From Minisyncoccota bacterium (lineage in GTDB: Bacteria > Patescibacteriota > Minisyncoccia > Phycocordibacterales > UBA12079), in NCBI GenBank assembly GCA_023140255.1, contig JAGLLX010000010.1:19774-83773 (forward strand): DNA of 64,000 bases, written 5' to 3'. The notes beneath the pieces are model-generated. The model was not told the origin of the DNA, made no database searches, and was given only the letters and a program-made list of their open reading frames with translations. Position numbers and translations under genes: made by a program. Shown in pieces: positions 35,993 through 45,949 of the stretch. How positions within the stretch are numbered: position 1 is the stretch's first letter; the number at the start of each line of letters is the position of its first letter.

Positions 35993-36724
35993 TTAATTTT
36001 CTAGTGTTTTAATGTCTTTAGCTTTACATACAGAAGCTATTTCTCCTGCGAAAAATTCAATACTTTCCTTGGATGAATCATTAGCTAAAATAGGATAATC
36101 TATATCTCTAATATTGCAATCTGAATTAGCCAAAGCAATAACAGGAATATTTTTCAGAATAGCTTCTTTAACAGCGATTGCTTCATGTTTTGGATCTATA
36201 ACAAACAAAGCTGCGGGTAATGTTTTCATATTAGAAATTCCTAAGAACTTTCTTTCTAATTTTGCAATCTGTTTATCAATTTGCAATCTTTCTTTTTTAG
36301 TATATTTTACTAATTCTCCCTTCTCTCTTTCATCAGTTAATTTTAAAAGTAATTCAACTCTTTTCTTAGTCATATCAAAATTAGTCAAAGCTCCTCCTAC
36401 CCAACGATTATAAACAACTGGCATTCCTACTCCTTCAGCAATTGTTTGTAATATATTTTTTGACTCACTTTTAGAACCAACAAAAAGAATTTGAGCTCCT
36501 GCTTTTTCAAATAAAGATTTAACAAATTCTTTTGTCTCTTCTAAAGAAGAATATGTTTTTTCTAAATCAAAAATTTCAACACCGTTTTTAGCACCAAAAA
36601 TAAAAGGCTTCACAGAAGGATGTCTTTTTGTCCGAGTATATGCATAATGAGCCCCTACTTCAAACATTTTTTCTATTTGAGCTATATCTTTTATTTCATT
36701 AGTTTTTTCAGTTTTCATACCCAA
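35993..36724 (-). CDS. rpsB: 30S ribosomal protein S2
   Basis: FEVGAHYAYTRTKRHPSVKPFIFGAKNGVEIFDL. Confidence 0.9.
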   Translation of the reverse strand: MGMKTEKTNEIKDIAQIEKMFEVGAHYAYTRTKRHPSVKPFIFGAKNGVEIFDLEKTYSSLEETKEFVKSLFEKAGAQILFVGSKSESKNILQTIAEGVGMPVVYNRWVGGALTNFDMTKKRVELLLKLTDEREKGELVKYTKKERLQIDKQIAKLERKFLGISNMKTLPAALFVIDPKHEAIAVKEAILKNIPVIALANSDCNIRDIDYPILANDSSKESIEFFAGEIASVCKAKDIKTLEN

Positions 36725-36769
36725 GAGTTTAGCAAATTACAGTTATTTTGTAAACCTAAATATAATAAA

Positions 36770-37666
36770 TTAAGCTTTATTTATTAAATCACCCAACTCC
36801 CCATCTTCAATGACCTTATTTATATCCCTAATTTCAACCCCAGAACGATGATCCTTAATCATTTGGTAGGGATGAAATACATAGGAACGTATTTGATTTC
36901 CCCATTCTATACTTGTAATTTTGCTTATTTTTGAGATATCTTCTTTTTCTAATTGTTCTTCTTTTAATTTTTTATAAAGCTTAGCTTCTAAAATACTCAT
37001 AGCTTTTTCTTTATTGGCATTCTGAGTTCTTTCTGAATCTATACGCACAGAAATATCTGATGAAATATGTACCAATCTAACAGCAGTGTCTCTTTTATTT
37101 ACATTTTGTCCTCCTGGACCACTAGATCTTGAAAATTCTACCTTCAAGTCATCATCCTCTATTTTTACTTCTCCAATTTTCTTAAATTTAGGAATTACTT
37201 CCACCATTGAAAAAGAAGTATGTCTTTTTTGGTTAGCATTAAAGGGAGATAACCTGACTAAACGATGCACACCCGATTCGTTTTTTAGTTCTCCATAAGC
37301 CCCATTCCCTTTCACTTCAAAAGTAATATTTCTAAAACCACCATGTTCATTTTCATTCTTGTGTAATAAAAAAATTTTCCAACCTTGGTTTTCAGCAAAT
37401 TTATAATACATTTTATATAGAATCTTAGAAAAATCTTCTGCATCTAAACCACCAGCACCAGAAAAAATAGTTATGATAGCATTTCCTATATCATATTTAT
37501 CTTTTCCTTCAATTTCAGCTTTTTTCTCTTGAATCTGTTGAAGGACTGACTGAGCCCGTTCTTTATCTTGCCAAAAATCCCCCTTCAACATTTCTTTTTC
37601 TAGAATTTCTAATTCTTTTTTTAGATCTTTCTCTTTTTCCATAAACCTTATTATAGCAAAAACCAA
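36770..37666 (-). CDS. prfB: peptide chain release factor 2, no programmed frameshift
   Basis: SPF tripeptide (RLSPFNANQKRHTSF) and the GGQ motif (SGPGGQNVNK). The true start may be the MEKEKDLKK methionine. The upstream sequence is a tRNA, so there is no frameshift leader. Confidence 0.85.
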   Translation of the reverse strand: MVFAIIRFMEKEKDLKKELEILEKEMLKGDFWQDKERAQSVLQQIQEKKAEIEGKDKYDIGNAIITIFSGAGGLDAEDFSKILYKMYYKFAENQGWKIFLLHKNENEHGGFRNITFEVKGNGAYGELKNESGVHRLVRLSPFNANQKRHTSFSMVEVIPKFKKIGEVKIEDDDLKVEFSRSSGPGGQNVNKRDTAVRLVHISSDISVRIDSERTQNANKEKAMSILEAKLYKKLKEEQLEKEDISKISKITSIEWGNQIRSYVFHPYQMIKDHRSGVEIRDINKVIEDGELGDLINKA

Positions 37667-37697
37667 AGCAATTGGCTTTGGTTTTTTAAAATATTTG

Positions 37698-37773
37698 TGT
37701 GCGAATGGTAGGACTCGAACCTACGACCTCGTCATTATCAGTGACGCGCTCTAACCACCTGAGCTACACTCGC
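37698..37773 (-). tRNA. tRNA-Ile (anticodon GAT)
   Basis: Minus strand: GCGAGTG-TA-GCTC-AGGTGGTTAGA-GC-G-CGTCA-CTGATAA-TGACG-AGGTC-GTAGG-TTCGAGT-CCTAC-CATTCGC-A. Confidence 0.85.
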
Positions 37774-37837
37774 ATTAAAACCTGCTTGTATATCCCACCG
37801 ATTATATACTATTTTTTAAAAAAATTCTAGACACTTT

Positions 37838-38065
37838 CTATCCTATAAACTCAAATCTTTCTATCTCTTTCCCTTCAATATTTTTAGTTCCGATAAAATC
37901 TTCAAACGGTCTAGCCCAAATAGCATCAGAGCCAAATTCTTCTGAATCATAGAGAGCTTTGTAAATAACTAACTTCTCTAAAGATTCACTATGATTAGCA
38001 ACCCCAATTACTTCATATTCTCCTCCCTTAAAATGTCTATATTTTCCTAATTTTAAATCTTCCAT
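37838..38065 (-). CDS. DUF1653-like small protein
   Basis: GKYRHFKGGEYEVIGVANHSE...LVIYKALY resembles the DUF1653 core. Its stop overlaps the thrS start. Confidence 0.45.
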   Translation of the reverse strand: MEDLKLGKYRHFKGGEYEVIGVANHSESLEKLVIYKALYDSEEFGSDAIWARPFEDFIGTKNIEGKEIERFEFIG

Positions 38066-39834
38066 TATTTTTTATTTTCTTTATTAAATTTATCAAATAA
38101 TTCTTCTAGAGAAATTTGAACTGAGTCTTCCCCATCCCTAGATTCTAAGGTCATTTTATTATTTTTAATATCATCATCTCCAACAATTACAAAGTAGGGA
38201 ACTCTCTCGTTTTTTGCTTCCCTAACTTTTTTACCAAAATTATTATCTGATCTATCTATCTCAACTCTAAAATCTTCTTTCCTCAATTCTTCAAAAATAT
38301 TCTGAGCATATTCATTATGTTCATCAGCTACTGGAATAATTTTCACCTGAGTAGGCGCAAGCCAAAATGGAAAATTTCCTCCGTAATGTTCAATAAGGAT
38401 TGCGACAAATCTTTCCAGTGAACCTAATAAAGCTCTATGAATCATAATCGGCCGTTCCTTCCCCTCTTTACCTTGATAAGTCATATCAAATTTTTCAGGC
38501 AAATTAAAATCAAGTTGAATTGTAGTTAATTGCCATTCTCTTCCAATTGAATCCTTAACTTTCAAATCAATAGCTGGTCCATAGAATTTAGCTCCTCCTT
38601 CTTCCACTTCATTAGGAATATTAAATTCTTTAATTATTTCTGTAATTACTTTTTCAGATGAACTCCAAATTTCATCAGTTCCTAAATATTTATCTAATTT
38701 TGGATCTCTGGTAGCAATATATGCTTTTATAGATTCTTTTTTAAATCCAAAAATTTCTAGAATATCTATTGTAAATTGTAATACTTCTCTATATTCATCA
38801 ACAAATTGATCTTGCCTACAAATAATATGAGCATCGTCTTGAGTAAAACCTCTTACTCTAAGCATTCCTGCTAATTCTCCAGATTTTTCATATCTATAAA
38901 CAGCACCTAGTTCGTTCCAACGAAATGGGAAATCTCGCCAAGACCTTGGTCTAAATTTATATATTTCAACATGAAAAGGGCAATTCATTGGTTTAATATA
39001 ATATTGTTCACCATCAACATCCATAGGTGAATACATCATTTCTTTAAAATTCTTTAAATGACCTGATGTTTCCCATAATTCAGATCTTCCAATATGAGGT
39101 GTATAAACTGCGTCATAACCTCGTTGTCTATGAAATTTCCGCCAAAAAGACTCTATTACTTCTCTTGTTTTAGATAATTTAGGATGCCATAAAATTAAAC
39201 CTGCTCCAACTTTTTGACTAATACTAAAATAATCTAATTCTTTTCCTAATTTTCTATGATCTCGTTTCTTAGCTTCTTCCATCATTTTTTCATATTCCTT
39301 TAATTCTTCAGGGTTTTCAAAAGCTACCCCATAAATTCTTTGAAGCATTTTATTTTTTTCATCACCCTTCCAGTAAGCTCCAGCAATTGTAGTTAATTTA
39401 AATGCTTTAGGATTAATTTTTCCAGTAGATTCCAAATGAAAACCACTGCACATATTAATAAAATCTCCTTGTTGATAAAAAGAAATTTCTGTTTCTCCTT
39501 TTTCCTTTAATTCTTTAGCTAACTCAAGAGTATAAGTATATTTTTTATCTTTTAAAAGATTAATCCCTTCTTCAATAGGTAAAACTTTTTTCTCAATAGG
39601 TAAATCTTTATTGATAATTTTTATCATTTCCCTATTAATTGTTTTTAAATCTTTATCTGTAATTTGTGATTCTGCATCAAAATCATGATAAAAACCATTT
39701 TCAATAACTGGTCCAACTGCAGGGATAGCACCATGCAGTTGTTCTAAAGCTTGCATTAAAATATGCGCTAAAGTATGGCGCATTTGCTCTAAATTTTCAT
39801 TTTGTTTTTCTTCCATCAATTTATTATATAACAC
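38065..39834 (-). CDS. thrS: threonine--tRNA ligase (lacks the N-terminal TGS extension)
   Basis: Class II motifs including HRALLGSLERFVAILIEHYGGNFPFWLAP, and a C-terminal anticodon-binding domain. Confidence 0.9.
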   Translation of the reverse strand: MLYNKLMEEKQNENLEQMRHTLAHILMQALEQLHGAIPAVGPVIENGFYHDFDAESQITDKDLKTINREMIKIINKDLPIEKKVLPIEEGINLLKDKKYTYTLELAKELKEKGETEISFYQQGDFINMCSGFHLESTGKINPKAFKLTTIAGAYWKGDEKNKMLQRIYGVAFENPEELKEYEKMMEEAKKRDHRKLGKELDYFSISQKVGAGLILWHPKLSKTREVIESFWRKFHRQRGYDAVYTPHIGRSELWETSGHLKNFKEMMYSPMDVDGEQYYIKPMNCPFHVEIYKFRPRSWRDFPFRWNELGAVYRYEKSGELAGMLRVRGFTQDDAHIICRQDQFVDEYREVLQFTIDILEIFGFKKESIKAYIATRDPKLDKYLGTDEIWSSSEKVITEIIKEFNIPNEVEEGGAKFYGPAIDLKVKDSIGREWQLTTIQLDFNLPEKFDMTYQGKEGKERPIMIHRALLGSLERFVAILIEHYGGNFPFWLAPTQVKIIPVADEHNEYAQNIFEELRKEDFRVEIDRSDNNFGKKVREAKNERVPYFVIVGDDDIKNNKMTLESRDGEDSVQISLEELFDKFNKENKK

Positions 39835-39929
39835 AAAACAAAAAAAACAACTAACTCTGTTACTCTCAAAAAGGGCGAGGCTACAGCCTCGCTCTCTTAA
39901 ATCATAAACCTTATCTCTTAAATCTTTTT

Positions 39930-42218
39930 CTAAATTTCACAAAGACCGGCTACACAAGCCAACTCTTTTGAACCTTCTGTTTCATCTTCTTGCTCATAAG
40001 TAACGATCTTTGAAAAATCTACTCCTTTAAATCTCTTTAACATTTCTTCATAAGTTTTTAAATCTGTTTCTTTGAAAGGAGCTAATTGATAAACAAAATC
40101 ATTTCTTGGCAAGAAAGATAAACCTCCAACAATATCCCAATTACGGTAAACCCATTCAGCGACTTCTATCCACTCACTATCACTAACAGAAACGGTTACT
40201 GAAGGGTTGTGTTCTGTGTAGTAGACTTTAACCATTTCCCAATGTTTTAATTGGTCCATAGCAGTCAAATCATTCTTAAATACTTTTACGTCTGAAGGAG
40301 CCTTAACTGGAAATTCAAATACATAAGTAGTAGCATTTTCCTTTGATTGACCATTTTCAGGCTGATAAGGAACCCCTTGATCTTTCAACATTTTAAATAA
40401 TGAATCTGTAGATGAAATTCTAACTCTCCTAATATAATATTTTGAATGTCTTGGGTGCATTCCTGAAGCACAATCCACTAATTGTGACACTGTTCCTGAA
40501 GGTTTAACACAAGTAGTACTGGTAGCAGGATTAATTCCGAATCTCTTTGAGTATTTTTGATTTGCACTAATTACTCTATTTTTTATTTTGTCTAAAACTT
40601 TTGGATCTTGTACTGTTTGGCAATCCCAATGTCCTGTTATAGAAACACCTAAGAGTCTTTCATCTTCACAATTCTTTTGCCAATCTTTAGATAAATAACC
40701 AAAATGAGTTAAAGTTGCTTGATAAGTTCCTAATAATGTTGCTATTTCTGCCTTTTCTAACAATGTTTTTTCAGTATCTTCAGAACGAGCTACTAACTCA
40801 CTTAAATTACAAAATTGTTTTGATCTAAGATTAATTTCCCCACAAGGATTCACTCCAAAATCTTCCATATGATCTTTAAAAATTTCTCTTCTTCTTTCTG
40901 GTAATTGTTGCTCTAGAGAACTTCTATTAAAAATACCTCTTTCTCCAGCTCCACTTTTCATTAAAGCTACCCACTCATCCATGAACTCAGCTGCGCTTGG
41001 TTTTTCATTATAAGCAGTAGAGTTATTAGCCATTGTTCGTTGATTATTGTTTAAATAAAATTGTCCACTTTTAGCAAACCTCATTTCATTATCATCTAAA
41101 TCAGAAAGAGAAATTAAAGCAGTTCTTCTTACTCCCCCAGCAACAACTACTTCTCCAATTTTACAAACAATATCGTGTACGTCTAAATTACTTAATCTCT
41201 TACCATGCATTTTTAGAACTCTTTCTCTAGTAAAATCAATTAAGTTTTTCAAAGGATCTGGTCCTGAACTTTTTCCTCCCATTGTTACTAATTTTGAGCC
41301 TTCTGGTCTTAACTGAGAAAAATCAAATCGTACATCTTCACCATCAAACCAAGCCTTTAAACCATGTACAAAAGCATCTGCCCATCCTTCTTTAGAATCA
41401 GCAATTACATAAGTCTTTCTCATTTTTAATTTACCGTTATGAATCTTAATTTGTGGAAGTTTTTGTACGTTATAACTTTCAGCACTAAAACCTACTCCAC
41501 AACCACACATTGATAAATACATAATTTCTCCAAAGTCTTGTAATTTTGACGGAGCAATATAAGAGCAATTATAAGCTGTTGCATTACATCTACGAGCAGC
41601 TTTTCCAGCACTCCAAAATAACCTCATGGAAGGCATTGATTTTTGATTTAAAATAAATTCTCTTACTTTTTTATATTCAGCTGGTTTTAATTTATTTCCT
41701 AAGTTCTCTTTCATAAAGTCCATATATCTATCAACAGTTTCTATCCAAGTTTCTCTTCTTCCTTCTCCTTCTATCCACTTTGAATAAGAACGATAATAAA
41801 TAAATTCAGCTAAAGGATTCTTAAAATATTTTTTACCTTCTTCAACTAAATTTTTTACTTTTTCTGGAACCTTTACTCCTAAATCTCTTAACTTAGCCCT
41901 TTCTTGCCTGTATAGAATATATCCTTTTGATGTCTTAACATAATCATTTTGAATTAATTCAGATTCAACTGAGTCTTGAACACCCTCTACATTAGGAATA
42001 AAATTTTTATATCTTTTAGAAATTTTTACCAAATCTAAATAAACTTTGTTTGCAAGTAATTCAGCTTCTCTTTCTGAACCTTCGTCTGAAGCTAACATTG
42101 CTTTGTAAACAGCGTTTACAATCTTATCTAAATTAAAATCTATTACTGAACCATCTCTTTTTTGAATTTTTTTCACCAAATTAAGTTTTTTTGCTCCCTT
42201 TTTTATTGTTTTTGACAT
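39930..42218 (-). CDS. nrdJ: ribonucleotide reductase, class II (adenosylcobalamin-dependent) with an N-terminal ATP-cone
   Basis: ATP-cone (VIKRDGSVIDFNLDKI), active-site NPCGEI, C-terminal cysteine pair. No nrdB-like gene adjacent. Confidence 0.65.
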   Translation of the reverse strand: MSKTIKKGAKKLNLVKKIQKRDGSVIDFNLDKIVNAVYKAMLASDEGSEREAELLANKVYLDLVKISKRYKNFIPNVEGVQDSVESELIQNDYVKTSKGYILYRQERAKLRDLGVKVPEKVKNLVEEGKKYFKNPLAEFIYYRSYSKWIEGEGRRETWIETVDRYMDFMKENLGNKLKPAEYKKVREFILNQKSMPSMRLFWSAGKAARRCNATAYNCSYIAPSKLQDFGEIMYLSMCGCGVGFSAESYNVQKLPQIKIHNGKLKMRKTYVIADSKEGWADAFVHGLKAWFDGEDVRFDFSQLRPEGSKLVTMGGKSSGPDPLKNLIDFTRERVLKMHGKRLSNLDVHDIVCKIGEVVVAGGVRRTALISLSDLDDNEMRFAKSGQFYLNNNQRTMANNSTAYNEKPSAAEFMDEWVALMKSGAGERGIFNRSSLEQQLPERRREIFKDHMEDFGVNPCGEINLRSKQFCNLSELVARSEDTEKTLLEKAEIATLLGTYQATLTHFGYLSKDWQKNCEDERLLGVSITGHWDCQTVQDPKVLDKIKNRVISANQKYSKRFGINPATSTTCVKPSGTVSQLVDCASGMHPRHSKYYIRRVRISSTDSLFKMLKDQGVPYQPENGQSKENATTYVFEFPVKAPSDVKVFKNDLTAMDQLKHWEMVKVYYTEHNPSVTVSVSDSEWIEVAEWVYRNWDIVGGLSFLPRNDFVYQLAPFKETDLKTYEEMLKRFKGVDFSKIVTYEQEDETEGSKELACVAGLCEI

Positions 42219-42444
42219 ATTCTTTACAGTTTTTACTAAAATTTAATAATTTTTAATTTCTTTCCCTATTTTACATTAAGATAACCAAAAATAGCTGTGG
42301 ATAAACCAAGACGATACATCTAACTAAAAAAGTAAAGTTTTATACCAAAAAACACCTTATTCTTGCCACTTTTTAGTATTTTTTATATAAAAACAAGCTT
42401 TTATTAATAAATAAAAGCTTGTTTTTAAATCTTATCTTGAATTT

Positions 42445-43110
42445 TTAGAAATCAGAAACCATCTTCCAATATTTATAAAATACCTTATTTATTTTCTTTA
42501 TTTTTACTGAAATATTAGGTTTACTTATTTCTGAATATTTATTAAAATAATAATTCCAAATTTCTTCTTTACCAGGATTTTTAAGTAAGAATTTTACATG
42601 TTTCCAATGAAAATCTTGTAAAAAAATTAATATTGTTGGATTTTCTTTTTCTTTATAATTATCCAAAACCCATTGTAAATTATTTGCCATAATTCTTTCG
42701 CGTAAATATATCTGTACCCACCAAACCCAATTTTTCTTTACACAAGGATAAGTGTATCTCCATACGTCTAACAACTCTCCAGTAAGTTCATTGGGAGCAT
42801 CCACTGAATACACTAAAATCTGATGATTTTTTTTCCATAAACTTGCTATATTCTTCCACATTATAGTATCTGATTTAACCCAAGGAGAAATCTTTAAGAT
42901 ATGCTTTGGAAATTCCTTAATTCTGTCATTTACCATTTTTTGAGGCTTTTTTAAAGCATCGTAATTATTAAAAGATAAATTAGGTGTTTTGTTATTATTT
43001 GGATATTCCAAAATTATGATATCTGGTTTATGTTTTAAAACAGCATTAGCTTGACGCAAATCAAGAGCATCTATTTCTTTACAATTAAATTGAATATATC
43101 TTGGTTTCAT
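42445..43110 (-). CDS. hypothetical Trp-rich protein (221 aa)
   Basis: ORF with a terminator hairpin at about 42380-42440. No recognised motif. Confidence 0.5.
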   Translation of the reverse strand: MKPRYIQFNCKEIDALDLRQANAVLKHKPDIIILEYPNNNKTPNLSFNNYDALKKPQKMVNDRIKEFPKHILKISPWVKSDTIMWKNIASLWKKNHQILVYSVDAPNELTGELLDVWRYTYPCVKKNWVWWVQIYLRERIMANNLQWVLDNYKEKENPTILIFLQDFHWKHVKFLLKNPGKEEIWNYYFNKYSEISKPNISVKIKKINKVFYKYWKMVSDF

Positions 43111-43125
43111 AAAAATTTATATTAA

Positions 43126-43212
43126 TGCGGAAGAGACAGGATTCGAACCTGCGGTGCCGTAAGGCACACACGCTTTCCAAGCGAGCACTTTAAACCACTC
43201 AGTCACTCTTCC
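43126..43212 (-). tRNA. tRNA-Ser (anticodon GGA), type II
   Basis: Minus strand: GGAAGAG-TG-ACT-GAGTGGTTTAA-AGT-G-CTCGC-TTGGAAA-GCGTG, long variable arm, GCAGG-TTCGAAT-CCTGT-CTCTTCC-G. One T-T mismatch in the anticodon stem. Confidence 0.75.
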
Positions 43213-43257
43213 AATTTTAACGGCTATAATATCATAGCCGTTAAATTTTAACCCTTT

Positions 43258-43641
43258 TTATCGCCTCCCTGCTTCTAGAATAGGAAGTCCTGCTTCTGTT
43301 GGAACATAAATTACTTGCATCTCATTTGTTTGCAAACCATTTATCCAAAGATATCTCAAATATTCTTCGTTCCCTTCTAAAGAACCAGCTACAATATCAT
43401 TAGCTTCAGCTACACCCTTAGCTCTTTCAACTTCTGCTTCTGCTTCTAAAATTGCAGATTCTTTTTTAGCTCTTGCTTCTTCCACGGCAATTTGACGAGA
43501 CCACTCAGCCTCTTTAAATAAAGCCTTTCCGTTTAATTCTTTTGTCCATACCTTATATTGGGGAACTGCCCAAAGCAAAAGTAAAACAAAGACAACAATA
43601 GCCCCAATCCCAAATATAGATAAATTTTTTGTATTATGCAT
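43258..43641 (-). CDS. small membrane protein with an SPFH/band-7-like C-terminal region
   Basis: N-terminal TM helix. QIAVEEARAKKESAILEAEAEVERAKGVAEANDI resembles the HflC/stomatin tail. Confidence 0.4.
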   Translation of the reverse strand: MHNTKNLSIFGIGAIVVFVLLLLWAVPQYKVWTKELNGKALFKEAEWSRQIAVEEARAKKESAILEAEAEVERAKGVAEANDIVAGSLEGNEEYLRYLWINGLQTNEMQVIYVPTEAGLPILEAGRR

Positions 43642-43674
43642 AATATTTTTTATTAATTAATAAATAAATTCAAC

Positions 43675-44331
43675 TTAAAGTATTCTTTGTTCATAAATAT
43701 CTTTTTCATTATCATAAACAACTATTGTGTTTTTTCCAAATTCATTCTTAGCTTTATACATTGCTCTGTCCGCTCTTTCAACTAAATTAATAATATCCTT
43801 TTCATTTTCTATACAAGTATCTATAATATTTGTAACACCAAAACTTGCACTTAATTTTTGGCTTTTTATATTTAATAAATTAATTTTTTTCCTTATTTTT
43901 TCAGCAATTTTAACAGCTTTCTCTGAATCAACTCCTACTAATCCAATTATAAACTCATCTCCTCCCCATCTAGAGATAACATCAAACTTTCTTACGGAAG
44001 ATTTGAATACTTCTGCCATCATTATCAGAGCTTTATCTCCATAGCTATGACCATAATTATCATTAATAACCTTTAAGTCATCAACATCAATAAAAATTAA
44101 TGAAAAAGCTTCTATAGTAATTTTCCTTTTATCTATTTTGTTTCTTCTTTTACAACCTTCATCAATAATCTTACTTATTTCTAACATAAAACCATGCCTA
44201 TTATAAAGCAAAGTCAAATAATCTCTTTGATATAAAGAGGAAATTTCTTTTATTGTTTGATCCTTTTTTAAAATTATTTTTTTAAGATCTTTAATTTTTT
44301 CTTCTAATTTTTTTGATGTATTATTTTCCAT
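43675..44331 (-). CDS. GGDEF-domain diguanylate cyclase (standalone)
   Basis: RWGGDEFIIGL active-site motif and LIFIDVDDLKVINDNYGH. Confidence 0.8.
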   Translation of the reverse strand: MENNTSKKLEEKIKDLKKIILKKDQTIKEISSLYQRDYLTLLYNRHGFMLEISKIIDEGCKRRNKIDKRKITIEAFSLIFIDVDDLKVINDNYGHSYGDKALIMMAEVFKSSVRKFDVISRWGGDEFIIGLVGVDSEKAVKIAEKIRKKINLLNIKSQKLSASFGVTNIIDTCIENEKDIINLVERADRAMYKAKNEFGKNTIVVYDNEKDIYEQRIL

Positions 44332-44342
44332 TTTAAATTTAT

Positions 44343-45239
44343 CTATCTTCTCCCTAATAAAGCGTCTATTCTTTCTTCTGTAGGAGGATGGGTCATAAAC
44401 ATTTTAGATAATAATCCTGTCTTTCTTCTTTTTTTATATGGATTAGAAATAAACATATGAGCAGTAGCTCGAGAAGCTTTTTTCATAGAAATTCCACTAG
44501 AAGAAATCTTTTCTAAAGCACTCGCTAATCCAGAAGGATTATGAGTTAAAGCCGCTCCCGAAGCATCAGCCAAAAATTCTCTTTTTCTTGAAATAGCTAA
44601 TTGAATAATCATTGCTATAAATGGAGAAAAAATTGCTAAAATTACCCCAATAAGCATCATCACACCTCCTGCCTGATTATCATTATCTCTACCTCCTAAA
44701 CTTCTAAAAAATAAAGACCTCAAAAAGAAATCTGATAATAAAGACACAAAACCAACCAAAACTACAACAATTGTTGCAATCAAAATATCATTATTCTGAA
44801 TATGAGAAAGTTCATGAGCAAGCACTCCTTCTAGTTCTCTTTGGTCTAAGACATTTAATAACCCTTGCGTTACTGCTACAGCTGAATTTTTAGCATTTCT
44901 ACCTGTCGCAAAAGCATTAAGAGAAGCATCATTCATTATATAAATTTTAGGAATTGGTAAATAAGCTTGCCGAGACAATCTTTCAACAGTATCAAAAAGA
45001 TTTCTGTTCTCTTCTCTTTTTATTTGCTTAGCTCCAGACATTTTTAAAACAATTTTATCTGAAAACCAATATGAAAAAATGTTCATTAAAAGAGAAAAAC
45101 CAACTGCAAAATATAAAATATTTCGGCTATCCATTAATTCAGAAAAAAACCATCCAACACCAATTACAACGACTAAAAATAGTGACATCAGCAGATATGT
45201 TTTTCTAATATTTTTTGATTTTTGAGCTTGGATATTCAT
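44343..45239 (-). CDS. htpX: M48-family zinc metalloprotease HtpX-like
   Basis: HELSHIQNND (HExxH) and TM helices. The start is trimmed to the MNIQAQ methionine because the longer ORF-track N-terminus reads through the adjacent tRNA-Leu gene. Confidence 0.8.
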   Translation of the reverse strand: MNIQAQKSKNIRKTYLLMSLFLVVVIGVGWFFSELMDSRNILYFAVGFSLLMNIFSYWFSDKIVLKMSGAKQIKREENRNLFDTVERLSRQAYLPIPKIYIMNDASLNAFATGRNAKNSAVAVTQGLLNVLDQRELEGVLAHELSHIQNNDILIATIVVVLVGFVSLLSDFFLRSLFFRSLGGRDNDNQAGGVMMLIGVILAIFSPFIAMIIQLAISRKREFLADASGAALTHNPSGLASALEKISSSGISMKKASRATAHMFISNPYKKRRKTGLLSKMFMTHPPTEERIDALLGRR

Positions 45240-45241
45240 TG

Positions 45242-45323
45242 TGCCGAGGGGGAGACTTGAACTCCCACGGATTGCTCCACTAGTTCCTAAGACTAGCGCG
45301 TCTACCAATTTCGCCACCTCGGC
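45242..45323 (-). tRNA. tRNA-Leu (anticodon TAG), type II
   Basis: Minus strand: GCCGAGG-TG-GCG-AAATTGGTAGA-CGC-G-CTAGT-CTTAGGA-ACTAG, long variable arm, GGGAG-TTCAAGT-CTCCC-CCTCGGC-A. Confidence 0.85.
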
Positions 45324-45479
45324 ATGCACAATATGTATGTATTATCTATTATGGAATTCTACCAAAAAACTTGTTAAAATACTACTTTCTAATAAAAACT
45401 TGCTTTTTAAAGGGTTTTTTTGTATTCTAAATTTAGATATCTTTTAATTTTAATATAATGTAGAGAAAAGGAGTTAAAA

Positions 45480-45689
45480 ATGGAAACCACAAAAGTTAGA
45501 TTCGTAGGTGGAGCACTGATTATAAACTCAAACGAAGGAGAAGCAGACCTTGCTTATGTGCGAGAAAAAGCAAGAATCAAAATTGCAGCAAGAGAAATTC
45601 CCAAATTCAATGCCAGTCCTCCAGTCCCAGAAACTGACGCAGCTTATATTAAACCTGCTGAAGTTCAAGGTCCACCCAGTGGAATTTAA
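45480..45689 (+). CDS. hypothetical small protein (69 aa)
   Basis: SD aaaaggagttaaaa then ATG. Terminator at about 45705-45740 (ctcccgaca-ttttt-gtcgggag then T-run). Confidence 0.45.
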   Translation: METTKVRFVGGALIINSNEGEADLAYVREKARIKIAAREIPKFNASPPVPETDAAYIKPAEVQGPPSGI

Positions 45690-45858
45690 TTAATTTTTTT
45701 CGCTCTTCATCCCCCTCCCGACATTTTTGTCGGGAGATTTTTTATAAAAAATTTGATTTTGATAAAAATGAAATACAATTTATTTATTATGATATTATTG
45801 ATAATATCATAATAAGAAATAACAGCTTAAAATAAAATTAAATATCAAATCTAGTTAC

Positions 45859-45900
45859 TATTCCAATTAACCTGCCTTTGCCGGCAGGCAGGCTGGAATA
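45859..45900. repeat. GC-rich palindromic repeat, copy B
   Basis: TATTCCAATTAACCTGCCTTTGCCGGCAGGCAGGCTGGAATA. The core is copy A with TT inserted. Sits between convergent genes. Confidence 0.6.
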
Positions 45901-45949
45901 ATAACTCTAAAATTTTTAATTCCAAAAAATCTTACGAAACTTTTTTTGT

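Noticed and set aside
36770-37780. Programmed +1 frameshift in prfB
   Set aside because: There is no upstream short frame. tRNA-Ile and a terminator lie directly 5' of the ORF.
39835-39929. T-box leaders upstream of thrS, alaS and argS
   Set aside because: The upstream regions are only about 30-145 nt and are occupied by terminators of neighbouring genes. No T-box consensus (AATTAGGGTGGTACCGCG) was seen.
45240-45329. N-terminal 30 residues of ORF 44343..45329 (MHAEVAKLVDALVLGTSGAIRGSSSLPLGT)
   Set aside because: This stretch is the translation of the tRNA-Leu(TAG) gene on the same strand. The HtpX start was moved to the MNIQAQ methionine at 45239.
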